Below, piece after piece: positions 36,438 through 45,171 of a DNA stretch of 64,000 nucleotides. Origin of the DNA: Ignisphaera aggregans (lineage in GTDB: Archaea; Thermoproteota; Thermoprotei_A; Sulfolobales; Ignisphaeraceae); contig DQTV01000045.1 of assembly GCA_015662595.1 (NCBI GenBank), positions 2,870 to 66,869 on the forward strand. Reading direction: 5' to 3'. Position 1 is the stretch's first letter. Each line of letters opens with the position of its first letter. A model generated the notes under the pieces. It did not search any database. It was given only the letters and a program-made list of their open reading frames with translations, and was not told the DNA's origin. The position numbers and the translations under genes are program-made.

Positions 36438-36938
36438 ATGCAGATTTACGTAGTGGTATACTCAGCATTTCGCGATTTCATGGAGTACCGTGAATATTAT
36501 GACCTCATAATATCTGACCAAGGATTATACATGCTTTTATTGGGACGCTTACCACTCGTTTATAAGAAGCATCCTGCGCTGCCAAAGAGAGTGGAGAAAC
36601 AGCTCCTTGAAATAATGAAGTCGCGTAGTCGGGATAAGTATCACGATATGGATACTCTAATGCGTCTTGTCCATCAAAAACGTGCAATGTTTATACCCAA
36701 CGAAAACGTCGTAGGAGTGGTATTGAACGAGGAGGAGATACCAATACCACCAATACTTAGGAAACCTCCCTCAGATCCACGGGAGCCTCCAAAGTATTCT
36801 CAGCGCGTCTTAGCAATAACTACATACTGGAAAGACTCTTCGCAACTACGTTCACTAACGCTGTATACAACCCCCAAAATTAAGGATAAGATTAAGCGGG
36901 GACTGAAAGAGGCTGGATACTATATCAGCATTACTTAG
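36438..36938 (+). CDS. Hypothetical protein inserted between rps19 and rpl2
   Basis: 166 aa ORF. No recognisable motif. Confidence 0.45.
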   Translation: MQIYVVVYSAFRDFMEYREYYDLIISDQGLYMLLLGRLPLVYKKHPALPKRVEKQLLEIMKSRSRDKYHDMDTLMRLVHQKRAMFIPNENVVGVVLNEEEIPIPPILRKPPSDPREPPKYSQRVLAITTYWKDSSQLRSLTLYTTPKIKDKIKRGLKEAGYYISIT

Positions 36939-37002
36939 CAGCTATGTCTAAGTAAGGTTTAAAGTCAGATCAGCTTCAACTACACTCCTGGAGGCTGAGA
37001 CT

Positions 37003-37725
37003 ATGGGTAAAAGAATACTAGTGCAGCGCATGGGACGTGGAAGCCCAACATTTCGTAGCCCTAGCCATAAGAGGGTTGCACCCGCGAAGTATCCTCCACC
37101 TGAAAACAGGTTGCTTAGGGGTGTTGTTGCTGAGCTAGTACATGATCCAGGACGCTGGGTACCCCTTGCACGTATCGTATTAGAGGACGGTAGAGAGTTT
37201 TATAACATAGCTGTCGAGGGATTACGAGTTGGTCAAGTAATTGAGATAGGTCCGGGAGCTAAGCCTACACCAGGAAATGTAATGTTGCTTAGAGACGTGC
37301 CAGAGGGCACACGAGTTTGTAATTTAGAGATACGGCCAGGAGATGGAGGAAAACTTGCTAGAGCCGGTGGAACATACGCTGTAGTTATTGGTAAGACTTC
37401 CACACACGCAATCGTTGTATTGCCGAGTGGTAAACAGAAACTACTTCCACTTGATTGCCGTGTAACTATCGGAGTAGTAGCAGGAGGTGGACGTGTGGAG
37501 AAGCCATTACTTAAAGCAGGCAATGCTTATCACAAGTGGAAGGTGAAGGCACGTAAATGGCCTCGCGTAAGAGGAGTGGCTATGAACGCTGTAGACCATC
37601 CACACGGAGGCGGTTCACACCAGCGTGAGTCCAAACCAACGACAGTTTCACGCAACGCACCTCCAGGCAGAAAGGTTGGTCATATAGCCGCTAAACGCAC
37701 TGGAAGAAAGAAGGGTGCACACTAA
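37003..37725 (+). CDS. rpl2: 50S ribosomal protein L2 (uL2)
   Basis: MGKRILVQRMGRGSPTFRSPSHKR and VAMNAVDHPHGGG motifs. Confidence 0.95.
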   Translation: MGKRILVQRMGRGSPTFRSPSHKRVAPAKYPPPENRLLRGVVAELVHDPGRWVPLARIVLEDGREFYNIAVEGLRVGQVIEIGPGAKPTPGNVMLLRDVPEGTRVCNLEIRPGDGGKLARAGGTYAVVIGKTSTHAIVVLPSGKQKLLPLDCRVTIGVVAGGGRVEKPLLKAGNAYHKWKVKARKWPRVRGVAMNAVDHPHGGGSHQRESKPTTVSRNAPPGRKVGHIAAKRTGRKKGAH

Positions 37726-39146
37726 ACGCCATAGAATTTTCTTAACATGAGCTCAATATTGTTAAATCCTGGTGGGGTCTCAGCAAGAATCCGTGCTCTT
37801 AACTCTAGCTCGTCCAGTACATTGTCTAAGCCTAGTCTTACCGCTATTCTCCTAAGTATGTTGCTGCTATCTATCCTATCTACACCCTTAATATCGTATA
37901 TCAGCGCCCAGCCATCAGCGACACGCTCATAAACGGAGGTTACTACACGTCTAACCTGTTTTCCATGGCGTTGACGGGACACCATGATTAACAGCGCTGT
38001 GTTCAGCGATAGCATAACATACAAATCTCTTGGGAGTAGATTTCGCAAAGCCATTTCAAATTCTTCAGGAGTTGACGCATGAAAGGTAGTAGCAGAGCCC
38101 GCACCTGAAGCTACAGCTCTAACAAGTGCGATTATCTCCTTTCCTCTAACTTCGCCCACTACCAACATATCAGGACGGTATCTCAAAGCCGTTATACAGC
38201 GAATAAACAAATCCTCTGACGACTCACCGTAGAATTGTATGAAACGAGCCCTCGAAGGAAACCTTATCTCTGGTACATCTTGTACAACTATGATCTTCCA
38301 ATTTGGGTTCGTAAGCTGTAGCACCGCATTGAGAAGAGATGTTTTACCACTTCCACTACCACCAACCACAGCATAAAACAGCTTAGCATCGTTCACTAAC
38401 CATAGAAGAGCTGCAAGACGTGGAGTCAAAACTCCTTCCCTAATCATAGTGCCTACATCTATTGGTATCTCGGGAAGCTTCCTTATATCAAATGTAGGAC
38501 TTGAACTTACAGGCTCTCCTAATGTAGCTGAGAAACGATGACCTTCAGGAAGTATTGCATGGACTTCAGGTTTTGCAAGTGAAATTCCTTTACCAGAACG
38601 TAATGCTAACCTCTCAATTATTGCACGCACTTCCTCCTCACTATGAAATACAATGTTGGTGACTAAAGCCTCAAATGCAAGAAATTCACGATGAACAACC
38701 GTTACCGGCCTACGCCAATCAGATAGTTCAATATCCTCAATCATGGGATCTAACATAGGTATCTCGAGAAGGCCGTATCCAAATGAATCGCGACGGATGT
38801 AATACCATAGAGCCTCGAACTCACGTGACAACACCTTATCTACGCCTAACTCTGTAGCGAGCTCATGAATGATCTTTTTCAGATGCTCTTCATTCTCCAC
38901 CCTCATGGTCGATGTATAGAGGTAGTCCATAAGAAGCATGTAGACGTTTTCAGCTTCGGCACTTAATGGCGGTTCATCAATGAGATACCTTGCCACCCCT
39001 GACTTATCTAAACATATTGTAACTTCAGCCAAGCTCACTCTATACTTTCGCAAAATCTCTAAACATACGTTATTTATGTCAGGTGCAGAGATGCGCCTTA
39101 GTACGTGCATTGGGACTGCCCGTCTTCGACGATACAGTGCACTCAT
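37722..39146 (-). CDS. Type II/IV secretion-family ATPase (VirB11/FlaI/PilT-like), no adjacent membrane partner
   Basis: 474 aa. Walker A VVGGSGSGKTSLLNAV, IVVQDVPE, RYRPDMLVVGEVRGKE and a His-box-like TFHAS. The N-domain pattern YLIDEPPLS is typical of archaeal FlaI-type ATPases. Confidence 0.8.
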   Translation of the reverse strand: MSALYRRRRAVPMHVLRRISAPDINNVCLEILRKYRVSLAEVTICLDKSGVARYLIDEPPLSAEAENVYMLLMDYLYTSTMRVENEEHLKKIIHELATELGVDKVLSREFEALWYYIRRDSFGYGLLEIPMLDPMIEDIELSDWRRPVTVVHREFLAFEALVTNIVFHSEEEVRAIIERLALRSGKGISLAKPEVHAILPEGHRFSATLGEPVSSSPTFDIRKLPEIPIDVGTMIREGVLTPRLAALLWLVNDAKLFYAVVGGSGSGKTSLLNAVLQLTNPNWKIIVVQDVPEIRFPSRARFIQFYGESSEDLFIRCITALRYRPDMLVVGEVRGKEIIALVRAVASGAGSATTFHASTPEEFEMALRNLLPRDLYVMLSLNTALLIMVSRQRHGKQVRRVVTSVYERVADGWALIYDIKGVDRIDSSNILRRIAVRLGLDNVLDELELRARILAETPPGFNNIELMLRKFYGV

Positions 39147-39236
39147 TTCACTCCCAAGGTATGCGAGGATTTATAGCGTCACTTAGAAGGAGTGTCAGTT
39201 AATAGGAAGAGGTTAGAATTGATTTACGACCCCGCT

Positions 39237-39283
39237 GGCTCCCCCCTTCATCCTCCTCGGAACCGAGGTGTCTGGGGGGTTCC
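39237..39283 (-). other. GC-rich hairpin between the H+-PPase stop and the ATPase promoter
   Basis: CCCCCC (39241-46) pairs with GGGGGG (39274-79). Inner stem CCTC(39255-58)/GAGG(39265-68) with asymmetric internal loops. No box motifs were found. Confidence 0.3.
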
Positions 39284-39319
39284 CATGATAGTGTTAAAAG
39301 TTTTGTGTGGAACCTTTAA

Positions 39320-41434
39320 CTATATCGGTCTTAAGTAAGCAATTATCGGGACATAAACTGTGGATGCTATAGCCATTAGCTTTATCAAGATGTTGATTGA
39401 GGGACCGGCAGCGTCCTTTAATGGATCGCCAACGGTATCGCCTATCACTGCTGCCTTGTGTGCTTCTGAACCTTTTCCACCAAAGTGACCCATCTCTACA
39501 TACTTCTTCGCGTTATCCCAAGTGTTTCCGACATTACCTTGGAATAGACCTAGCAACAGTCCTCCTGCTACAGCACCTAATAATGTTCCTCCTAATGCAG
39601 CTGGGCCTAGAGTTATGCCTATGATTAAGGGCGCTAAGAGCGCGAGTACGCCAGGCAGGATGAGCCTTCTAAGTGCATAGTACGTCACTATCTGCACTGC
39701 CCTAGCGTAATCTGGCTTCTCCTTCCACTCTAAGATACCTGGCTTCTCCCTAAACTGACGTCTTATCTCTTCAACCAATCTAAATGCCGCTGCTGTGACA
39801 CTCTGAACAACTATGGCTGTGAAAAGTGCCGGAAGGGCTACACCTATTACGATTCCCGATATTAGGTATGGTCCATGAGCCGGGTTACCCACATTGAATA
39901 TTGTATTCATTAGCTTCTCCGGGGATATGCCTAGGTTATGAGCTAACACCGAAACATAGCTAAAGAGAAGCGCTAAGGCTGTAAGTGCCGCTGAGCCTAT
40001 GGCATAACCCTTGGATATGGATTTCATGGTATTACCCGCTGAGTCTAGTTTATCTGCAAGTTCGCGAACACTATCAGGATAACCAGCTTGTTCGGCAAGC
40101 CCAGCTGTATTGTCAACTATTGGGCCGTAAGCGTCTGCGGAAACAACAATACTTGTCATGGAAAGCATCCCTACACCTGCTAACGCTATCGCATAAATAC
40201 CGACAAGCAACATACATCCCGAGGTTGCAAGATTCAAACCTATCATAAAGGCACCAATAGCAGCAAGAGCCACAGTTATTGTAGGTATAAACGTGCTGTA
40301 GAAGCCCATTGATAGACCGCTAAGAATTGTCAATGCGGGCCCAGCACGGGAATACGATGCCACTACCTTGACCGGCCTGTAAAGCGGTGAGGTGAAGTAG
40401 TCAGATGTAAATCCGACAATGCCTCCAGTGATGAGACCAAACACGGTTGCTATCCATGCGTATATCAGGTTTGGCATTACTAGCCTTACAGCTATGAACG
40501 TAATTACCGCTACGCTAACCAAGCTAAGGATTGATACTACTGTAAGCGTTCTTCCTGGATCCTTAAAAGGCGATAACGAAACGAACTGTGAAGTTAATAG
40601 CGTTACAAGCAGCGCTACCCCGGAGAATAGTAGGGGGTAGGCTATCAAGACCTCGCTTCCGATCATTGCCGCGATTACCATAGAAGCCACGATGCTCTCT
40701 ACATAAGATTCGAAGAGGTCTGCACCCATACCAGCACAATCACCAACATTATCACCAACGTTATCGGCTATCACCCCCGGATTCCTAGGGTCATCCTCTG
40801 GAATCCCGACTTCAACCTTACCTACGAGATCAGCACCAACATCTGCTGCTTTCGTATACATTCCCCCACCAACACGAGCAAATAGAGCAACCGTACTAGC
40901 GCCGAAAGCATATCCTAGCAACGACTGCGTAGCCTCCGTGAGTGACTGAGTAACACTCTCAAATACTATGAATAGTATGGCTATGCCAAGTATTCCAACA
41001 CCACTGACGAGAAATCCTGTAATCGATCCTCCACGAAATGCTATTATCAATGCCTTCTTTATCTCTCCTTCAGCCAGAGCGTTCAATACACGGATATTCG
41101 TCAGAATTGCCAAGTACATACCTAACAAACTGACAATTGCCGAACTAAAACTGCCTACCAAGTACGCTAAGCCAATATTTATTAGTAGAGTGTTGTTCCA
41201 GACATGTCCTAATCCGGTAATGGTGAGCCCTATTAGGATAGCTATTGAGAGAATCACACTATACTGAGCCTTCATGTACGCTATTGCAGCTTCCCTTATG
41301 TATCCATGTATCTCAGCAGCTCTATCCATTTTAACTCGACGCTTTAGTATGCTGATAGTGATTAGCACAACATATAGTACGCTAATCAAACCTGCTATAA
41401 GGCCTGTCCGAAGAGCTAGCGCTAGAACATTCAT
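39320..41434 (-). CDS. hppA: Membrane-bound proton-translocating pyrophosphatase
   Basis: 704 aa. GGGMYTKAADVGADLVGKVE, DNVGDNVGDCAGMGADLFESY and IGDTVGDPLKDAAGPSINILIKLM motifs. GNTMKSISKG has Lys at the position that distinguishes K+-independent enzymes. Confidence 0.95.
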   Translation of the reverse strand: MNVLALALRTGLIAGLISVLYVVLITISILKRRVKMDRAAEIHGYIREAAIAYMKAQYSVILSIAILIGLTITGLGHVWNNTLLINIGLAYLVGSFSSAIVSLLGMYLAILTNIRVLNALAEGEIKKALIIAFRGGSITGFLVSGVGILGIAILFIVFESVTQSLTEATQSLLGYAFGASTVALFARVGGGMYTKAADVGADLVGKVEVGIPEDDPRNPGVIADNVGDNVGDCAGMGADLFESYVESIVASMVIAAMIGSEVLIAYPLLFSGVALLVTLLTSQFVSLSPFKDPGRTLTVVSILSLVSVAVITFIAVRLVMPNLIYAWIATVFGLITGGIVGFTSDYFTSPLYRPVKVVASYSRAGPALTILSGLSMGFYSTFIPTITVALAAIGAFMIGLNLATSGCMLLVGIYAIALAGVGMLSMTSIVVSADAYGPIVDNTAGLAEQAGYPDSVRELADKLDSAGNTMKSISKGYAIGSAALTALALLFSYVSVLAHNLGISPEKLMNTIFNVGNPAHGPYLISGIVIGVALPALFTAIVVQSVTAAAFRLVEEIRRQFREKPGILEWKEKPDYARAVQIVTYYALRRLILPGVLALLAPLIIGITLGPAALGGTLLGAVAGGLLLGLFQGNVGNTWDNAKKYVEMGHFGGKGSEAHKAAVIGDTVGDPLKDAAGPSINILIKLMAIASTVYVPIIAYLRPI

Positions 41435-41504
41435 ACCTTAATTCCCGCGAGACAAGATATTAAGTCTCAGAGATATAAACTGTAGTTATTGATTTGGTAA
41501 GGCG

Positions 41505-41524
41505 ATAAAATCTCATAAAATCTC
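41505..41524 (+). promoter_or_regulatory. Tandemly duplicated TATA-like element upstream of tRNA-Arg
   Basis: ATAAAATCTC repeated twice in tandem. The second copy is centred about 30 nt before the tRNA 5' end. Confidence 0.35.
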
Positions 41525-41551
41525 GGTAACGGAAGTGAGTCGAGAAGGCGT

Positions 41552-41629
41552 GGGCCCGTAGCTCAGCCTGGATAGAGCGCCGGCCTTCGGAGCCGGTGGT
41601 CCGGGGTTCAAATCCCCGCGGGCCCGCCA
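41552..41629 (+). tRNA. tRNA-Arg (anticodon UCG), CCA encoded
   Basis: Manual cloverleaf: GGGCCCG acceptor, GCUC/GAGC D stem, CCGGC-CUUCGGA-GCCGG anticodon arm, CGGGG-UUCAAAU-CCCCG T arm, G73, CCA. No intron. Confidence 0.93.
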
Positions 41630-41650
41630 CAAAGTCTCAGGTCTTGTCTA

Positions 41651-41698
41651 TCAGTGCGCGGAGCCTCATCACTGCTCAGCGTCGGCGACTTTCATCAT
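41651..41698 (-). ncRNA. C/D box sRNA overlapping the 3' end of the DUF99 gene
   Basis: Minus strand: AUGAUGA(C 41698-92)-12 nt AAGUCGCCGACG-CUGA(D' 41679-76)-3 nt-GUGAUGA(C' 41672-66)-11 nt GGCUCCGCGCA-CUGA(D 41654-51). All boxes are perfect. The UGA of D' is the DUF99 stop codon. Confidence 0.7.
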
Positions 41699-42287
41699 AT
41701 TTGTGCAGTGTCTTACCTAACGATGATGCAATTCTGTCGGCAACTCTGAGACAGTAAGGTTCGGGGTATATCGATGCATATCGGAAAAAGAGCTTTACTC
41801 CGTTCATTACACTTACACCTATCACCGTAATCCTTACCTCTACTCCCCTCACTGGACTTCTAACTTTGTGTGAAGCCCTATAGGTCTGCTCTATCACTTT
41901 ATACCTGTATTTCCAATCAACGAAATGAGCTCTTAAAGCTGAAAGGACTTTCTTCAAATCTAACTCATGTCTGAAGACCACTATGACTGGTATATTAAGC
42001 ATGTTATGAAGCCTTAATGGGTCTATGATATTGAAACCTGCGTAGGTAACACCATCTAAAAATACCACTTCTAGGTAAGGACCGTATCTACTAACAGCTT
42101 TCTCAACCATTTGCATAGCCTGAGATATAGCGTCAAGCCCATCAATTGTGATGAAAGAGATTAGAACGTCTAAAATCCTACGGTCTACAGTGGTTATTGT
42201 ACCAACAAGTACTGTTTTTCCATAGATCTTCTTGTCCTCAAATGCGAAATAGCCATCATCTAGACCTATCGAGCAATACCTCAACAT
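41676..42287 (-). CDS. DUF99 (UPF0215) family protein
   Basis: N-terminal IGLDDGYF motif typical of UPF0215. 203 aa. Shows a 32-nt overlap with the orc1/cdc6 3' end. Confidence 0.7.
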   Translation of the reverse strand: MLRYCSIGLDDGYFAFEDKKIYGKTVLVGTITTVDRRILDVLISFITIDGLDAISQAMQMVEKAVSRYGPYLEVVFLDGVTYAGFNIIDPLRLHNMLNIPVIVVFRHELDLKKVLSALRAHFVDWKYRYKVIEQTYRASHKVRSPVRGVEVRITVIGVSVMNGVKLFFRYASIYPEPYCLRVADRIASSLGKTLHKYDESRRR

Positions 42288-43467
42288 AAGGATCCTCCTT
42301 TAATGCAGTAAGTAAAGATTCTTCGGAAACTGCTAAGGTTATGATCCTTGTCTTACCATACCTACCCCTGCTAACAACACGCGCGTTTACTATCCCCATC
42401 ATATCTAGCTCGCTTATTATATCGCTAACCCTTCTTTGAGTGACGCTCTCTATATTAAGCTTTGTACATAGGGACTTATAGTGTGCATAGACTTCGCCAG
42501 TAGTAGCTTTTCCACGACTGCGCACAATGTTGTATATCGCTAGAAGTACTAGCTTACCATGTAAAGGCAGAGACGATACTACTTCAACTACACGATCGTG
42601 CTCTATCTCCGTACGGGCCTTATATACGTGCTCAACACCGACGTAATCTGCTCCCTCACGCTCAGCAATTTCGCCTGCAACACGTAGTAGATCAAGAGCT
42701 CTACGTGCATCACCGTGTTCGCGTGCCGCAAGAGCAGCACATAGACTTATCACACCATCACGTACAACACCGGGTCTAAACGCTAGCCTTGCACGATCAT
42801 TGAGGATATCCTCAAGCTGTGAGGCGTTATATGGCGGAAAAACTAGCTCAACTTCACCAAGGCTGCTCCTAACTCTAGGATCTAGATTGTCGACGAACTT
42901 AAGATCGTTCGTTATCCCTATCACTGAAATTTTGGACAGTGAGAGCTCCTCATTAGCCCTTGTAAGTCTATAAAGCAATTCGTCTCCGTGCTTCTTAACT
43001 AAGAAGTCTATTTCATCGAGTACCACAATCATGAGTGTAGCTCTACTATCAAGCGCCTTCATAAACCTCCTGTAGGCTTCAGCTGTTGAAATACCGGTAA
43101 ATGGTAGTTTAAGCCCTACACACTCAGCCAAGCGAAAGATTACCCGGTATGTTGTGTCGTCTTGCCGTGTATTTACGTAGCATACATCGATACTTGTGCC
43201 CAATTCGAGAGCTTTACTCTTTAGTTTCTTCAATACAAACTTCGTAACAGCGGTTTTCCCGGTACCGGTAAGGCCGTATATGAATACGTTGCTTGGTCTA
43301 TAGCCTCTCAACGCAGGTGCAAGTATAGATCCGAGCTTAGCTATCTGCTCCTCACGGTGTGGTAGTTGGTCAGGAATGTAGTCTGGACGTAGAACCTCAC
43401 GATTAACAAAGATCTTGGAGCTCAACGCTTGAGCAAACACCTCCTCAAGTACATCACTAGCCTTCAC
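42256..43467 (-). CDS. cdc6: Orc1/Cdc6 replication initiator
   Basis: Walker A IYGLTGTGKT, Walker B VVLDEID, C-terminal winged helix. The preferred start is GTG at 43467 (MKASDVLEE...REVLRPDYIPD). The ORF-track extension to 43560 looks non-coding. Confidence 0.9.
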   Translation of the reverse strand: MKASDVLEEVFAQALSSKIFVNREVLRPDYIPDQLPHREEQIAKLGSILAPALRGYRPSNVFIYGLTGTGKTAVTKFVLKKLKSKALELGTSIDVCYVNTRQDDTTYRVIFRLAECVGLKLPFTGISTAEAYRRFMKALDSRATLMIVVLDEIDFLVKKHGDELLYRLTRANEELSLSKISVIGITNDLKFVDNLDPRVRSSLGEVELVFPPYNASQLEDILNDRARLAFRPGVVRDGVISLCAALAAREHGDARRALDLLRVAGEIAEREGADYVGVEHVYKARTEIEHDRVVEVVSSLPLHGKLVLLAIYNIVRSRGKATTGEVYAHYKSLCTKLNIESVTQRRVSDIISELDMMGIVNARVVSRGRYGKTRIITLAVSEESLLTALKEDPYVEVLLDRSR

Positions 43468-43591
43468 TATGCTCCACCAGACCCAGGAGAAGCGATAGGC
43501 GGTATAGGCCGTATAAACACGGGGTCTACATCGAACCCCAAGATAAGCTTTAAAGTGCACACCCTCATATGCTTGAGATGAAGCAAAAAGC

Positions 43592-43668
<77 letters not shown>

Positions 43669-43761
43669 CCGCACAATCAAAGAGCGCTATCGTTTCCGAG
43701 CATAATACCCCAGCGTAATCGGCTCGTTTAGGTAAAAATCAGCTGGTCCACCGCCCAAAGG

Positions 43762-43768
43762 TTTTAAG
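43762..43768 (+). promoter_or_regulatory. TATA-like box for the C/D sRNA at 43793
   Basis: TTTTAAG centred about 28 nt upstream of the C box. Confidence 0.3.
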
Positions 43769-43792
43769 CCTTATACTCACTATCGATTATGG

Positions 43793-43848
43793 ATGATGAC
43801 TACACACCCTTTCCTCGATATTGTGGTGAAGAAAGTGGCCAGGGCTGA
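43793..43848 (+). ncRNA. Candidate C/D box sRNA
   Basis: AUGAUGA(C 43793-99)-15 nt-UCGA(degenerate D')-7 nt-GUGAAGA(C')-12 nt AAGUGGCCAGGG-CUGA(D 43845-48). 56 nt total. Lies in the gap between tRNA-Ala and the ahcY 3' end. Confidence 0.45.
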
Positions 43849-43850
43849 CA

Positions 43851-45098
43851 CTAAATCTTCCAGCTTTGAAGGTACTTAACTTGTTTTTCTGTAAGCGTAT
43901 CTATACTTATGTTCATACTCCTCAACTTCAGTTCTGCAACCATTCTATCTATCTCAATGGGAACGTTATACACCTTACGCTCAAGCTTACCCCTATTCTC
44001 AACGATATACTTTACCGACAGAGCTTGATTAGCAAAGCTCATATCCATAACCTCGCTTGGATGACCTTCTGCACATACAAGATTAACTAACCGTCCTTCT
44101 CCAAGCAGATATAGTTTCTTACCATTGCGTAGTGTGTACTCTGTAACACAAGGTCTTACCTCTCTTTTTGATACCGCTATTTTCTCTAAATCAGATACGC
44201 TAACTTCAACATTGAAATGCCCTGCATTAGCAAGCATCGCACCGTCTTTCATAAGCTCAAAGTGTTCGGCTGTGATTACGTCTATGTTCCCTGTAGCAGT
44301 GATAAAGATGTCGCCTATCTTTGCGGCTTCCTTCATCGGCATTACCTCAAAACCATCCATTACTGCTTCAAGAGCCTTTATAGGATCTACTTCAGTAACT
44401 ATCACTCGCGCTCCCATACCACGAGCCCTCATCGCTATCCCGCGACCAACCCAGCCATAGCCTGCAACAACGACAACCTTACCAGCTAAGAGTGTATTCG
44501 TAGCCCTTAGAATACCGTCTATTGTACTCTGTCCAGTTCCATACCTATTGTCAAAGAGGTATTTTGTTAAAGCATTGTTTACCGCTATTACAGGATATTT
44601 CAGCACGCCGCTTCTCTCCATAGCCTTCAATCTTATTACTCCAGTCGTCGTCTCCTCGGTTCCACCCCAAACTCTTTCCGCGATGTTAGGCAGTTTCTCA
44701 TGTAGATAGGCATGCAGATCTCCTCCGTCATCAATCACAACATTTGGTTCCGAGGAGGCTACTTTACCTATAGCCCAAAAGTACTCATCCGTTGTTTCTC
44801 CACGCCATGCAAATACGTTGATGCCTTCCTCAGCTAATGCTGCCGCCACATCATCTTGCGTAGATAATGGATTGCTAGCAGCTAGCCATACTTCAGCTCC
44901 TCCTGCCTTAAGCGTTTCAACAAGTACAGCAGTTTCTTTTGTTACATGTAGCACTGCTGCTATTCTAACACCCTTTAACGGCTTTGATTTCTCAAATTCA
45001 CGCCTTATTAAGTCAAGAACTGGCATGTTACGTCGAGCCCATTCTATCTGTTTACGACCCTGGGGAGCTAGACTAAGATCCTTCACCCTGAACTCCAT
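43851..45098 (-). CDS. ahcY: S-adenosyl-L-homocysteine hydrolase
   Basis: [29 protein letters not shown]-terminus and NAD motif [14 protein letters not shown]. The start is taken at ATG 45098, and the longer ORF-track N-terminus is unlikely. Confidence 0.93.
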   Translation of the reverse strand: MEFRVKDLSLAPQGRKQIEWARRNMPVLDLIRREFEKSKPLKGVRIAAVLHVTKETAVLVETLKAGGAEVWLAASNPLSTQDDVAAALAEEGINVFAWRGETTDEYFWAIGKVASSEPNVVIDDGGDLHAYLHEKLPNIAERVWGGTEETTTGVIRLKAMERSGVLKYPVIAVNNALTKYLFDNRYGTGQSTIDGILRATNTLLAGKVVVVAGYGWVGRGIAMRARGMGARVIVTEVDPIKALEAVMDGFEVMPMKEAAKIGDIFITATGNIDVITAEHFELMKDGAMLANAGHFNVEVSVSDLEKIAVSKREVRPCVTEYTLRNGKKLYLLGEGRLVNLVCAEGHPSEVMDMSFANQALSVKYIVENRGKLERKVYNVPIEIDRMVAELKLRSMNISIDTLTEKQVKYLQSWKI

Positions 45099-45171
45099 TT
45101 GTAACCCCATAAGTATTGAGTCGTTGACTATATTAAATACGTTTAAACGCAAACTCCAGTACTCTATAGCT

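Noticed and set aside
41462-41640. 9-bp direct repeat AAGTCTCAG flanking the tRNA-Arg gene and its promoter (41462-70 and 41632-40), possibly a target-site duplication
   Set aside because: My rough estimate is that tens of 9-mer repeat pairs within 200 bp are expected by chance in 64 kb. No mobile-element gene or further homology accompanies it.
43468-43591. Replication origin next to orc1/cdc6
   Set aside because: The upstream spacer is only about 125 nt and is not AT-rich. It contains no repeated ORB-like boxes; TCCACC-containing strings are isolated. The downstream side overlaps DUF99. There is no sequence support for an origin inside this window.
44818-45171. N-terminal 118 codons of ORF 44818-45747, and the 60-codon N-terminal extension of the ahcY ORF (45099-45281)
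   Set aside because: Each extension is antisense to the other gene's conserved coding sequence. Conserved N-termini ([11 protein letters not shown] for AhcY; [17 protein letters not shown] for the kinase) and a TATA-like element at about 45130-45140 support the shorter models.
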